A DNA stretch of 64,000 bases from an uncultured delta proteobacterium (lineage in GTDB: Bacteria; Desulfobacterota; Desulfomonilia; Desulfomonilales; Desulfomonilaceae), in the NCBI GenBank assembly GCA_963760985.1, contig CAVXFM010000010.1, positions 388,430 to 452,429 on the forward strand. The letters are read 5' to 3'. Both the position numbers and the translations under genes were made by a program. The notes below the pieces were generated by a model. The model was not told the origin of the DNA and ran no database searches. It saw only the letters and a program-made list of their open reading frames with translations. Shown in pieces: positions 38,313 to 47,435 of this stretch. Position 1 is the stretch's first letter; each line of letters starts with the position of its first letter.

Positions 38313-40256
38313 ATGTCTCACATGCGCAAGAAACCAAGAATTCTCATCGTGGAAGACGAAAGAATCGTCGCCATGGATCTGGAGCAAGCTCTGACCGAAT
38401 TCGGATTCGCGGTCATGGGAATGGTGAGCAACGGGAAAGATGCGATCGCACGGGTACGTGAGAACCCTCCCGAGCTGGTGCTGATGGACATCATGCTGGA
38501 AGGGCAAATTGACGGGATTGAAACCGCCCGACAGATACGGTCCGTACATGATATCCCCGTGGTGTATCTCTCTGCTCATGCAGACGCGAGACTTACGGAA
38601 AAAGCCAAGATCACCGAGCCTTATGCGTACCTCGTGAAACCCTACACACCACGGGAATTGCGCGCGTCCATTGAAATGGCTTTGTACAAGCATGAGCTTG
38701 AGGTGCAGTTGCGGAGAAGCGAAGAACTGTTTCGGTTGCTCTTTGACAAGGCTCCGCTTCCGTACCAGTCTCTGGATGCGGAAGGCCGATTCCTCGAGGT
38801 GAATTCCTCATGGCTGGAAACACTGGGCTATGAGAGAGAGGAAGTCATCGGGAAATGGTTCGGAGATTTTCTCTCCCCGGCCTGCGAGTCCTTGTTCAAA
38901 GAGCGGTTCCCTTCCTTCAAGGCCAGGGGGGAGACCCATGACGTGCAGTTCGAGATGAAGAAGAAGGACGGAACACCGATGCTGGCCGCGTTCGATGGCA
39001 CCACATCGCACACTGCTGACGGGTCCTTCAGAAGGACGCACTGCATCTTTCGGGACATTACGCACACAAAGAAGGTCGAAGATACGCGGATTCAACACGA
39101 GCGGCTCTTGGCAGTAGGCGAACTCGCAGGAGGAGTGGCGCACAATTTCAACAACTTGCTGCAAGTTATCATCGCGGGTGTCCAGACCACTTTAATGAGC
39201 CTGGAATCGGGAAAGACCGCTGACGTGGTGGGCAATCTTGCTCAGGTCGTCGACACCGCTCGCTCCGGAGCTGAGACGGTGAAACGTCTCCAGAGTTTTG
39301 CACGGGTTCGATCCCTTGACGGCACGGGAAAGGCTGGCCTATGTGACCTGACCGACATTGCCAAAGAGGCGATCCAGATGGCCACCATATGGTGGGACAG
39401 CATTTCGGGCAACCCTACTTCCCGCATCGAGGTGATCACCTCGCTCGGCCAGGGGTGCACCGCATGGGGAAGAGATGACGAATTGTTCGAGGCGCTCCTT
39501 CACCTACTCAAAAACGCTGCGGAAGCCCTGCCCGACGGCGGAGTGATACAGGTGAGTACTTACGTGCAGAACGACCTCGTCGTGTGTACGGTCAGAGACT
39601 ACGGGGTGGGAATTGCCCCGGAGCACCTCGGGAAGATTCTTGAACCGTTCTTCACCACCAAGGGGTTCCAAAGAGCGGGAATGGGGCTTTCCTGCAGTTA
39701 CGGGATCATCAAGAGACACGGCGGAACCACTACGGTCGAGAGTGCACCCGGCCAGGGCACCTGCGTCACGTTAACCTTGCCTCACGCGGTTGCCTCGGAA
39801 GTTCGCAACGAATCTCCAGAGGCCTTGGCGGCATCGGAGGAGTTGACCGTCCTTGTCATCGACGATCTGCCCGTGGTAGCACATATGCTCCAAAAAGGAT
39901 TGTCCAGTTGTGGCCAAAAGGTCTTGACGGCTCGATCCGGATCGGATGGAATGCAGATTTATCGCACCACGTCGGTAGACGCGGTAATTTGTGACATGGG
40001 CATGCCTGGCATGAATGGATGGGAAGTGGGGAGGCAAATCAAGGCCATGTGTGAGGAACGCTGCGTCGCAAAGACGCCCTTTATCCTGCTTACCGGTTGG
40101 GGAGATCAGGAAGAGGAATCGGAAAGGGTCGGTGAATGCGGAGTGGATATGGTGATTCAGAAACCGATTGATATTACAAGAATTCTTGGTGTGGTTCGCG
40201 ATGTCGTCAACCACGCGAAATCACAGGAACCCGCGGGGAAGAACCATGCCTCGTAG
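38313..40256 (+). CDS. hybrid sensor histidine kinase REC-PAS-HisKA-HATPase-REC
   Basis: N-terminal receiver paralogous to the one at 2446. PAS, HisKA (GGVAHNFNNLLQVIIAG), HATPase (GMGLSCSYGIIKRHGG), C-terminal receiver (VLVIDDLPVVAHML...VICDMGMPGMNG). Confidence 0.85.
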   Translation: MSHMRKKPRILIVEDERIVAMDLEQALTEFGFAVMGMVSNGKDAIARVRENPPELVLMDIMLEGQIDGIETARQIRSVHDIPVVYLSAHADARLTEKAKITEPYAYLVKPYTPRELRASIEMALYKHELEVQLRRSEELFRLLFDKAPLPYQSLDAEGRFLEVNSSWLETLGYEREEVIGKWFGDFLSPACESLFKERFPSFKARGETHDVQFEMKKKDGTPMLAAFDGTTSHTADGSFRRTHCIFRDITHTKKVEDTRIQHERLLAVGELAGGVAHNFNNLLQVIIAGVQTTLMSLESGKTADVVGNLAQVVDTARSGAETVKRLQSFARVRSLDGTGKAGLCDLTDIAKEAIQMATIWWDSISGNPTSRIEVITSLGQGCTAWGRDDELFEALLHLLKNAAEALPDGGVIQVSTYVQNDLVVCTVRDYGVGIAPEHLGKILEPFFTTKGFQRAGMGLSCSYGIIKRHGGTTTVESAPGQGTCVTLTLPHAVASEVRNESPEALAASEELTVLVIDDLPVVAHMLQKGLSSCGQKVLTARSGSDGMQIYRTTSVDAVICDMGMPGMNGWEVGRQIKAMCEERCVAKTPFILLTGWGDQEEESERVGECGVDMVIQKPIDITRILGVVRDVVNHAKSQEPAGKNHAS

Positions 40257-41226
40257 CGTGCTCGTGCGGCAGGGCGATCCCGCTGCAACGAGAGTCTTTG
40301 TAGCTGGTTCCACTGGAATGGTCGGTCTGGCCTTGTGCAGACGGTTGGCGGACGCGGGATATACTCTGGTTCAATCGCCTTCCCGCGTGGACTTGAGAGA
40401 TCAAAGGGCCGCTCAACGGCTCCTGGAGGAGCTCAGCCCGGATTGGGTGTTTCTTGCCGCAGCCAAGGTGGGGGGCATTTACGCGAATAACGTCTATCCT
40501 GCCGAATTCATTTATGACAACCTGATGATCCAAACCAATGTCATGCACGCAGCCTTCCTCACCCGCGTCAAGAAACTGCTCTTTCTCGGAAGCTCGTGCA
40601 TCTATCCAAAGTTTGCCCCACAACCCATGAAAGAAGAATGTCTGCTGTCAGGGCCGCTCGAACCTACCAACGAACCCTATGCGGTGGCCAAGATCGCGGG
40701 CATTGTGATGGCCCACAGTTACAATCGTCAATACGGGACCGATTACTCTTGCGTGATGCCCACCAACCTCTACGGTCCCCACGATAATTTCGACCTTCAG
40801 TCCGGCCACGTGATTGCAGCGCTCTTGAGAAAAACCCACGAAGCCAAAGCGTCTCAATCGGGTTTCGTTGAGATCTGGGGAACCGGTAATCCCCGTCGCG
40901 AGTTTCTCCACGTAGATGACCTTGCTGATGCGTGTGTGTTCCTCATGGAGCGGCCGGGTCGAGTGGACCTGGTCAATATAGGCTGGGGAACGGACATTTC
41001 CGTTCGCGAATTGGCCACGGTCATCAGGGACGTGGTGGGCTATGGGGGCCGGATGCTGTTCAACCCTGACATGCCTGATGGCACACCTCAGAAACTGCTC
41101 GATGTGACCCGTCTCGAAGCCTTGGGCTGGACGCCGTCGATCACTCTCCGAGAGGGTCTCCGCACCACATATCGATGGTATCTGGAGAATCCGGACAAGA
41201 TTGTAGCCAAAGGCAGAAGAGGCTAG
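40246..41226 (+). CDS. fcl: GDP-L-fucose synthase (GDP-4-keto-6-deoxy-D-mannose 3,5-epimerase/4-reductase)
   Basis: Rossmann motif VAGSTGMVG. Fcl-specific SSCIYPK, YAVAKIAG and PTNLYGPHDNF. Confidence 0.85.
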   Translation: MPRSVLVRQGDPAATRVFVAGSTGMVGLALCRRLADAGYTLVQSPSRVDLRDQRAAQRLLEELSPDWVFLAAAKVGGIYANNVYPAEFIYDNLMIQTNVMHAAFLTRVKKLLFLGSSCIYPKFAPQPMKEECLLSGPLEPTNEPYAVAKIAGIVMAHSYNRQYGTDYSCVMPTNLYGPHDNFDLQSGHVIAALLRKTHEAKASQSGFVEIWGTGNPRREFLHVDDLADACVFLMERPGRVDLVNIGWGTDISVRELATVIRDVVGYGGRMLFNPDMPDGTPQKLLDVTRLEALGWTPSITLREGLRTTYRWYLENPDKIVAKGRRG

Positions 41227-41372
41227 CAGGCTGTTGCGGCGCGCAATGCTTTCCCGACAACGTGCCACGATGGACTCGGTTCGCGCCAAACCACGGAAAC
41301 AGAACCAACCGAGGCCTAAGTGCTTTATGGCGCAAATACGGTCGCACGTTCCGCCACCCAGTATGAGGCTAG

Positions 41373-41441
41373 CCCGGACGTTACACGTCCGGGAATCCAA
41401 GTAGGAGCCTCCCAATGAACCCCGGACGTATAACGTCCGGG
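41373..41441. repeat. two near-identical palindromic hairpins CCCGGACGT-n3/4-ACGTCCGGG between convergent genes
   Basis: 41373-41393 and 41421-41441. 8-9 bp GC-rich stems, no flanking T-run. Lies between the fcl 3-prime end and the CPBP protease 3-prime end. Confidence 0.4.
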
Positions 41442-41641
41442 CCATCCGTGGTCCCAAGAATATGTGACCGTATTTAGGAAACGGAGCACTAAATATGTCC
41501 GTCTCCCTGGCTCGCCCTTTCCGTAAGCACGCGGGAAGCGAGCCTCACATGGAGAGCGGTCGTCTTTGCAGGGCTGTTTTTGCGTCCCGCGTGTGTACCT
41601 TTGGTGTCTTTGCCGGACACGGATCTTTGGCTGCCCGCGGA

Positions 41642-42548
41642 CTACTGCTCAACGGGGGTGATCGCCCTGCCCTGACGGAACATGACCACGGAGAAAACGA
41701 GCACCATCATCGCGAAGTACACGAGATTGTTCCACGGATCCAAGACGGAGCAATAGAAGATGGACTCGGTCGGCATCACGGAGTTTTCATAGTTGGTGAA
41801 CAACGCGGAGAACAGACACGTGGCAGCGTGGATCCCTAATGCGTATTCCAGACTGTTGCTCTTCAACGTGACACACGCGAGAAAGAAACCCACGCCGAAA
41901 TAGTATACGGCCATGGGGATGAATCCCGACACCACCTCCGGGTTGGTCAGGTGTGGCGCCATGAAGAGCAGCCCGATGGTCGTTGCAAGAATGAAGGTAT
42001 TTCGCGTGAAAAGTCCCAGCCCTTGCATGATGTACCCGCGAAAGAAACAACTCCTCTGCAGTGGTCTGGAGCGGGGTAAGAACCAGGGCTATGGGCACGA
42101 AGATCAGGAAACGCAGGGGATGCAGTGTGAGCTTGTACGTGGACGGGTGAAGCGCGTAGTCAATGAGGGTAGTCACCGCGCACAGGCCGAACCACAGCAC
42201 GAAACTGCCTGCCATCCCATCCCAGCGGATGCGGTCTCGCGGAGTGATAAGGCTGAGAAATTGGCGCTTGTGCACGTACCGTATGACCAGGAACAGCACC
42301 ACCACCATGATCGCGTGCCCGAGATTGAACGCGATGTAGCTGATAATAGGATCAAGTCCCTTGATCGATTTGGTGGCAGCATCGATGTAGGTATTCGGAT
42401 CGTTGTCCAATATCACCCAGAACACGAGCACCATGCCAAGAGAAAAACCACTTCCCACCCATGCCACCAAAACGACGCATACGCCGAGTACCCAGCGCCA
42501 CCACTGGTTCTTTCCTTGCCGAGCCAAGTCAATGAAGTCGTACCCCAT
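41642..42548 (-). CDS. CPBP-family (CAAX protease-like) intramembrane metalloprotease; apparent frameshift near 42030-42060
   Basis: ORF 41787..42548 ends in the EELFLSR motif region. The motif continues (MQGLGLF...FMAPHL...GIHAATCLFS) in ORF 41642..42028 in another frame. Confidence 0.6.
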
Positions 42549-42587
42549 CCTATCCGTATCCTGGTAAGCCTGTATCGCTCTCCTCCC

Positions 42588-42655
42588 GCTTCGCTTTCAC
42601 ACAAGTAAGACCGTAGGGCCGGGGTTCAGCCAAGCGAATTGATGAGAGGACTTTG
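42588..42655 (+). repeat. diverged copy C of the intergenic repeat (left arm TTCGCTTTCACAC...GTAGGGC)
   Basis: Shares TTCGCTTTCACAC-N-GTA-N-GGGC and AGCGAAT-GATGAGA segments with copies A and B. Confidence 0.35.
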
Positions 42656-42723
42656 CACCGTCCGTACTGAGGATTTCCCGCCTGGAACCTGAACCAACTC
42701 ATGCACGCAAAGGCGAACCCATA

Positions 42724-43953
42724 TCACACTCCCCGACGTTTCATCAGTCGGTCGAGCTCGGAAACCGCCGCGGCCGCGCAGGCCTCGTCATTGATGTGCG
42801 CATCCACTTCCTGCACCTTGACTTGTTCGTGGAGCAGCGCCTTCAATTCCGTTACAAAGGCCTGATTGATATCAGGCTCGTAAAGAGGGCCGGTAAGCGT
42901 GTCCGCTTCCGACCATCCTCTGAGGGGAATCAGCAACGAGACAGGCCCTTTGGCGCGGTTCAGTTTCTCTGCAATGGTACGAGCCAGTTGCAGCACGTCC
43001 TCTTGGCTGGTGCGTACGCCGGACCTGAAATCATACCAGAAGACTTTACGGCCCTTCACTGCTACGGGCATCGTCTCCAAAGAATTGAATTCCAGCACAA
43101 TGCAATCCAACCCTCCGGGGACGATCACCTGCGGGATACCCCTTTTACTTGCCGATTCCAACCTCCCAGGCCCGATGCCGCCGCAGTACCCTCCGTATAG
43201 CTCATCCGCGAACTCGTGAAGCGCATAATCCACCACCCCATCGATGAGGCCCTGATCTATGAGATCCTCCAAGGCCATGCCGCCGGTGCCGTTGGCATGG
43301 AACGGAGCCACTTCATAACCGAGATTCTCCAGCAAGTTTTTGACACGCATCGCTCCCTCGGTAATGAACCCGAATGAGGTGAGACCGATGATTGCCTTCT
43401 CCGGGACAATCTTGCCGCAAGTCCTGGTCATGCCCGCAATGGCCGATGCCGCGTTGGTGAGGATGCGTATGCTGATGGAATTGAGGCCAAGCACGTCGAT
43501 CACAGAGTGCATGACCGTGATATCCTTGGTACTGATGAGCTGACTCATGTCTCTGGATGCGACAGTTGAGACCATCAGCTTCGGCACCCCGAGAGGTAAG
43601 CTACGCATGACACCCATACCGATGTGGGTTCCGGTTCCACCGCCGACAGAAATAATCCCGGAAAGCCTCTCCTGGTCGTACAAAACCCGTACCACCGACG
43701 AGGCTCCCTGGGTCATCGTCTCAACCGCAAGCCGCCTGTCCTTTGCCTCCAGAACTGCCTCGATTGTGGAACCTGCCGCGTGCGCCACCGTTTCCCGGGT
43801 AACATCCGCGGAGATCGTGGGAGGATGGAGCGTGCCCACATCTACCACGATCGTGGAACATCCATCGCACTCCAGACGTTGTTTGAGAAATCCGACTTCG
43901 TCACCTTTGGTATCGAGCGTTCCGACTATGACGACGTAAACGGGCATGATCAC
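42724..43953 (-). CDS. UPF0261 (Tm-1-like) family protein
   Basis: 409 aa, intact. Typical UPF0261 N-terminus (VYVVIVGTLDTKGDEVGFL) and conserved GGGTGT segment. Confidence 0.8.
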   Translation of the reverse strand: MIMPVYVVIVGTLDTKGDEVGFLKQRLECDGCSTIVVDVGTLHPPTISADVTRETVAHAAGSTIEAVLEAKDRRLAVETMTQGASSVVRVLYDQERLSGIISVGGGTGTHIGMGVMRSLPLGVPKLMVSTVASRDMSQLISTKDITVMHSVIDVLGLNSISIRILTNAASAIAGMTRTCGKIVPEKAIIGLTSFGFITEGAMRVKNLLENLGYEVAPFHANGTGGMALEDLIDQGLIDGVVDYALHEFADELYGGYCGGIGPGRLESASKRGIPQVIVPGGLDCIVLEFNSLETMPVAVKGRKVFWYDFRSGVRTSQEDVLQLARTIAEKLNRAKGPVSLLIPLRGWSEADTLTGPLYEPDINQAFVTELKALLHEQVKVQEVDAHINDEACAAAAVSELDRLMKRRGV

Positions 43954-44888
43954 CTCTTCTTCCCGGGGAATGGGACCTTACAGGCCCTTGGCACTACCTC
44001 GTACATGAGTAGCATCGCTCTGCACCGAGACCCTTGGAGATATCTCGGCCTTTGCACCCGCGCATGAGTCTCTACTCAAGGGCATGGAGAATGACATCAC
44101 TCTCCGCTGCCCGTGCGGTAACTGGCGGACTAAGCTGCTCCGCATCCTGACTGACTGCCGGGTTCATGGACGCACCGACTGCCGCCGCGTCCCCTGGAAC
44201 GGACTGTGAGGGGGCGCAAGCCTAACCCCCTGCAGTGCGACGGACCCAGGAGCAGATGCTTTGAGCAAGGCTTCGAATTGGTGCGCACGCATTTGTGCTT
44301 GACCGATTGTCAGTAGGGACATGTGTCCTTCATAATCAGCCAATGGAACGTCAAGCCAGGGATTGCTCATACTAAGTCCACGGGGCCGCTTGGCTGTTGT
44401 TCTCCGGACTTCCGCGGCGGTCTTGCCATTTCGGACGTCTTGGGGTACGCGAGGGATCAGGGGATGGTGACCGTGACTCCGAAAAGGCCCCCCTGTAGTC
44501 CTCCGCAATGCCCAAAGGAGGCAAAACCGTCGTCACGTTGCTGAAAAAGCATGCAGTCGCCAGCTGCAGAGCGTACCTCACCCCGGCCGACTCCGTCAAT
44601 CATTTTTCAGCTCTGTGCTCGGTACGTGGGACGCAGACGCGGCCATGTGCGTGCAAGCCACACGCCTACGCCTTGTGAAAGGACCGTGTCATCGCGATTC
44701 GCTCGTGCTTTTGGACGATGGCGGAAGGTCGGATAAACGAAGACTCGACCGCTTTGCAGCAATCGCGGTGACACGGGATCTGCCTACTCCACAGAAGAAT
44801 CACACAGAAGATATGGGGGCAACCAGGAGAAGACTCTCGCTCCAACCTTGTGGAGACGTGGGATGCGCACGCTATTGGCCGTGGTACG

Positions 44889-45791
44889 TCAGGCGAGTAC
44901 CGGATATCCCTCTCGCGACTTCCTCGCTATTTTCATGAAGTACCTCATGGCCGCTGACAGGGGCTCATCGCGCAAGGTGACGATGTCCGCGTGAAAGGTG
45001 ATGTTCCCTTCCGCGAGTGCGATGGATCTGAGAATGCCCGACGACAGTTCCTTTTCGATTTCGTGGGACAGGATGAAGGAAATACCCATGCGGCGTTCAA
45101 TATACGCAAGGATGAAACTGAGACTCTCCGATTCCACGACAACTGACGGGGTCACACCGTTTTGGCCGAGCTTTTTCAGAATTGCGTCACGGGAACCGGA
45201 GCCTTCCTCACGAATAATCAGTGATTCCCCTGTGAGCGCTTTCATGGAAATGGGGCCTCCCAAAGCCAGCGGATGGTCCGGCCTGGCTACGAGAAGGAAC
45301 TCGGCCTTCGAGAAGGGAACGGCTCGCAGGGAAGAATCGTACCCCGTCCGTGCGACTACGACCAGATCTTCGCGGCGATTGCGCAGCCTGGTAATGAGCT
45401 CTGCGGAGTTTCCCTCGCTCAGGCGCACGTGAATTCGTGGAAACTTGTGCTGGAATTGAGCCATCAGGTCGGGCATGAGCGTTCTGGCATACCCCTTGGT
45501 GCTCCCCACCCGGAGTCTTTGCGCACTGGTTTTTCGGGCCTTCTCCAACACGCCATCGATCTGGTCTACCCGGCAGAAAATTCGTTTGGTGAGAAGAAAC
45601 AGTTCCTCGCCTACGTCCGTCAGCTTGTACTGATTGGCCTCACGATAGTAAAGTTTGACCCCGCATTCCTCTTCGAAGCTCCGGAGCTGCTGGGATACCG
45701 CGGGTTGAGAGATATTAAGAGATTCTGCTGCCTTGGTCATGCTGGCGAACCGGCAAAAGAAATGAAAAGTTTCGAGGTGTTTGAGGTTCAT
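44889..45791 (-). CDS. LysR-family transcriptional regulator
   Basis: N-terminal HTH (MNLKHLETFHFFCRFASMTKAAESLNISQPAVSQQL) and C-terminal substrate-binding domain. Divergent from ubiX. Confidence 0.85.
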   Translation of the reverse strand: MNLKHLETFHFFCRFASMTKAAESLNISQPAVSQQLRSFEEECGVKLYYREANQYKLTDVGEELFLLTKRIFCRVDQIDGVLEKARKTSAQRLRVGSTKGYARTLMPDLMAQFQHKFPRIHVRLSEGNSAELITRLRNRREDLVVVARTGYDSSLRAVPFSKAEFLLVARPDHPLALGGPISMKALTGESLIIREEGSGSRDAILKKLGQNGVTPSVVVESESLSFILAYIERRMGISFILSHEIEKELSSGILRSIALAEGNITFHADIVTLRDEPLSAAMRYFMKIARKSREGYPVLA

Positions 45792-46240
45792 CACGGTTCT
45801 CTGTGCAGGCCAGCCTTTGCTCACTGAATGCGCTGCGTTCCCGACCACGGATGCACGAGTCTTTGTACCCGCGGTTCGGGAAAATGGCTTGCTGCGTACA
45901 AAATGACAGATCTCCTTCTATTATAGTATAAGTCAAACTGATACACCTATAATTTTTTGTGACTTGACTTCCAGGCCCGAGTCGCTGACAATCTTTACCA
46001 AGGAGATCCAGATCTCTGTAATAGGTTTTGTATGACATAATCCACGCTTATGCCTGTCTTGAGGGAATGGGCCGGTCTTTGGCCACACCGGTCGGAATTC
46101 CGGGAGTGGGGACAGGTTCGATTACGCTCACTTTTAGGGAATAACATCTTATGTGATCACACACAGACTTCGGCTGGTCGGTCCGGAAGACTGAGCCTTA
46201 CCTGAACGACGGAAACAACATTTGTGCAAGGCGACTCCAT

Positions 46241-46828
46241 TTGGGCGTCGAGAAAGGAGTTCGGGTGAAAAGGATCATAGTCGGCATCAGTGGCGCGAGC
46301 GGGACGGTCTACGGTGTGCGTTTGCTGGAGGTGCTCAAAGGGACTGAAGGCATCGAGTCCCACCTCATTTTGACACGTGGCGCCCGCGTTGCAATGGAAC
46401 TCGAGACCGGCATGAAGCCCGACCTTGTGGAGCAACTGGCTGATTGCGTCTATTCTCAGGACAATTTGGCCGCTGCGGTTTCCAGTGGATCCTTCCGGAC
46501 CGAAGGAATGGTGGTAGCCCCATGTTCCATGAAAAGCTTGGCCATGATCGCATGTTCGCTGAATGACAACCTTCTTGTACGCTCTGCCGATGTGATACTC
46601 AAAGAACGAAGAAAACTGGTGATCGTGCCCAGAGAGACACCGTTGCACCTGGGACATCTCCGTCACATGATTACGGTCACCGAACTCGGCGGAGTGATCT
46701 TGCCTCCAGTTCCTTCGTTTTATCATCAACCAAAGACCATTCAAGACATCATCGACCAGACGGTAGGCAAAGTTCTCGATCAATTCGGCATAGAACACGA
46801 CTTGTTTCGGCGCTGGGCTGGCGGATGA
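46241..46828 (+). CDS. ubiX: flavin prenyltransferase UbiX (prenylated-FMN synthase)
   Basis: RIIVGISGASGTVYGVRLL, SGSFRTEGMVVAPCSMKSLA, LVIVPRETPLH. Start may be the GTG at 46265. Confidence 0.85.
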   Translation: MGVEKGVRVKRIIVGISGASGTVYGVRLLEVLKGTEGIESHLILTRGARVAMELETGMKPDLVEQLADCVYSQDNLAAAVSSGSFRTEGMVVAPCSMKSLAMIACSLNDNLLVRSADVILKERRKLVIVPRETPLHLGHLRHMITVTELGGVILPPVPSFYHQPKTIQDIIDQTVGKVLDQFGIEHDLFRRWAGG

Positions 46829-47349
46829 CCAAGGACGAACTGGAAGCAACCGTAATCCGGTTCATGGATTCGTTTACCACCATGACACTTGCCTGTTGCC
46901 TTGACGGCACGCCATGGGTTGCGGCTGTGTATTACGCTCGGCAGGGATTTGACCTGGTCTTCTTTTCATCGCCGAAATCCATTCACGCGACCATGTTCGC
47001 ACAGAACCCCGCAGCCGCTGCAGAAATACATGGAGTCTACGAACGATGGCAGGAAATCAAAGGTCTCCAGATGGACGGGCAGGTGGAAGCGATCACCACT
47101 CCGGTCGCTCTGGCCAAGTGTACGGCCACGTACCTCAGACGATACCCGTTTGTCCGGGAGTTCTTCTCAGGATCCGCAGCGGAAACGGCAGGCATGATGG
47201 CCAAGATGAGTCGAGTAGGATTGTACGTGTTTCGACCCAACAGCGTACGCTATCTCGACAACCAAGGGGGATTCGGAAACAGATGGAAACTGGACATAGC
47301 CAACGGCCGTGCCGTCGGTAATCCGGTCCGTGATGACAGGAGTCTCTGA
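46825..47349 (+). CDS. pyridoxamine 5'-phosphate oxidase-like FMN-binding protein
   Basis: 174 aa with a PNPOx split-barrel-like pattern. Overlaps the ubiX stop by 4 nt, so probably co-transcribed. Confidence 0.55.
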   Translation: MTKDELEATVIRFMDSFTTMTLACCLDGTPWVAAVYYARQGFDLVFFSSPKSIHATMFAQNPAAAAEIHGVYERWQEIKGLQMDGQVEAITTPVALAKCTATYLRRYPFVREFFSGSAAETAGMMAKMSRVGLYVFRPNSVRYLDNQGGFGNRWKLDIANGRAVGNPVRDDRSL

Positions 47350-47435
47350 AGATAGCAAGAAGGAAGTTATTCGGTAGATCTCACAACAAATCACCCGGTT
47401 TCGACGCCAGGCAACTCAAGCAGGAGGTAGCACAC

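Noticed and set aside
46090-46125. GGTTCGATT T-loop-like sequence suggesting a tRNA
   Set aside because: No matching acceptor/T-stem pairing or anticodon arm could be built around it.
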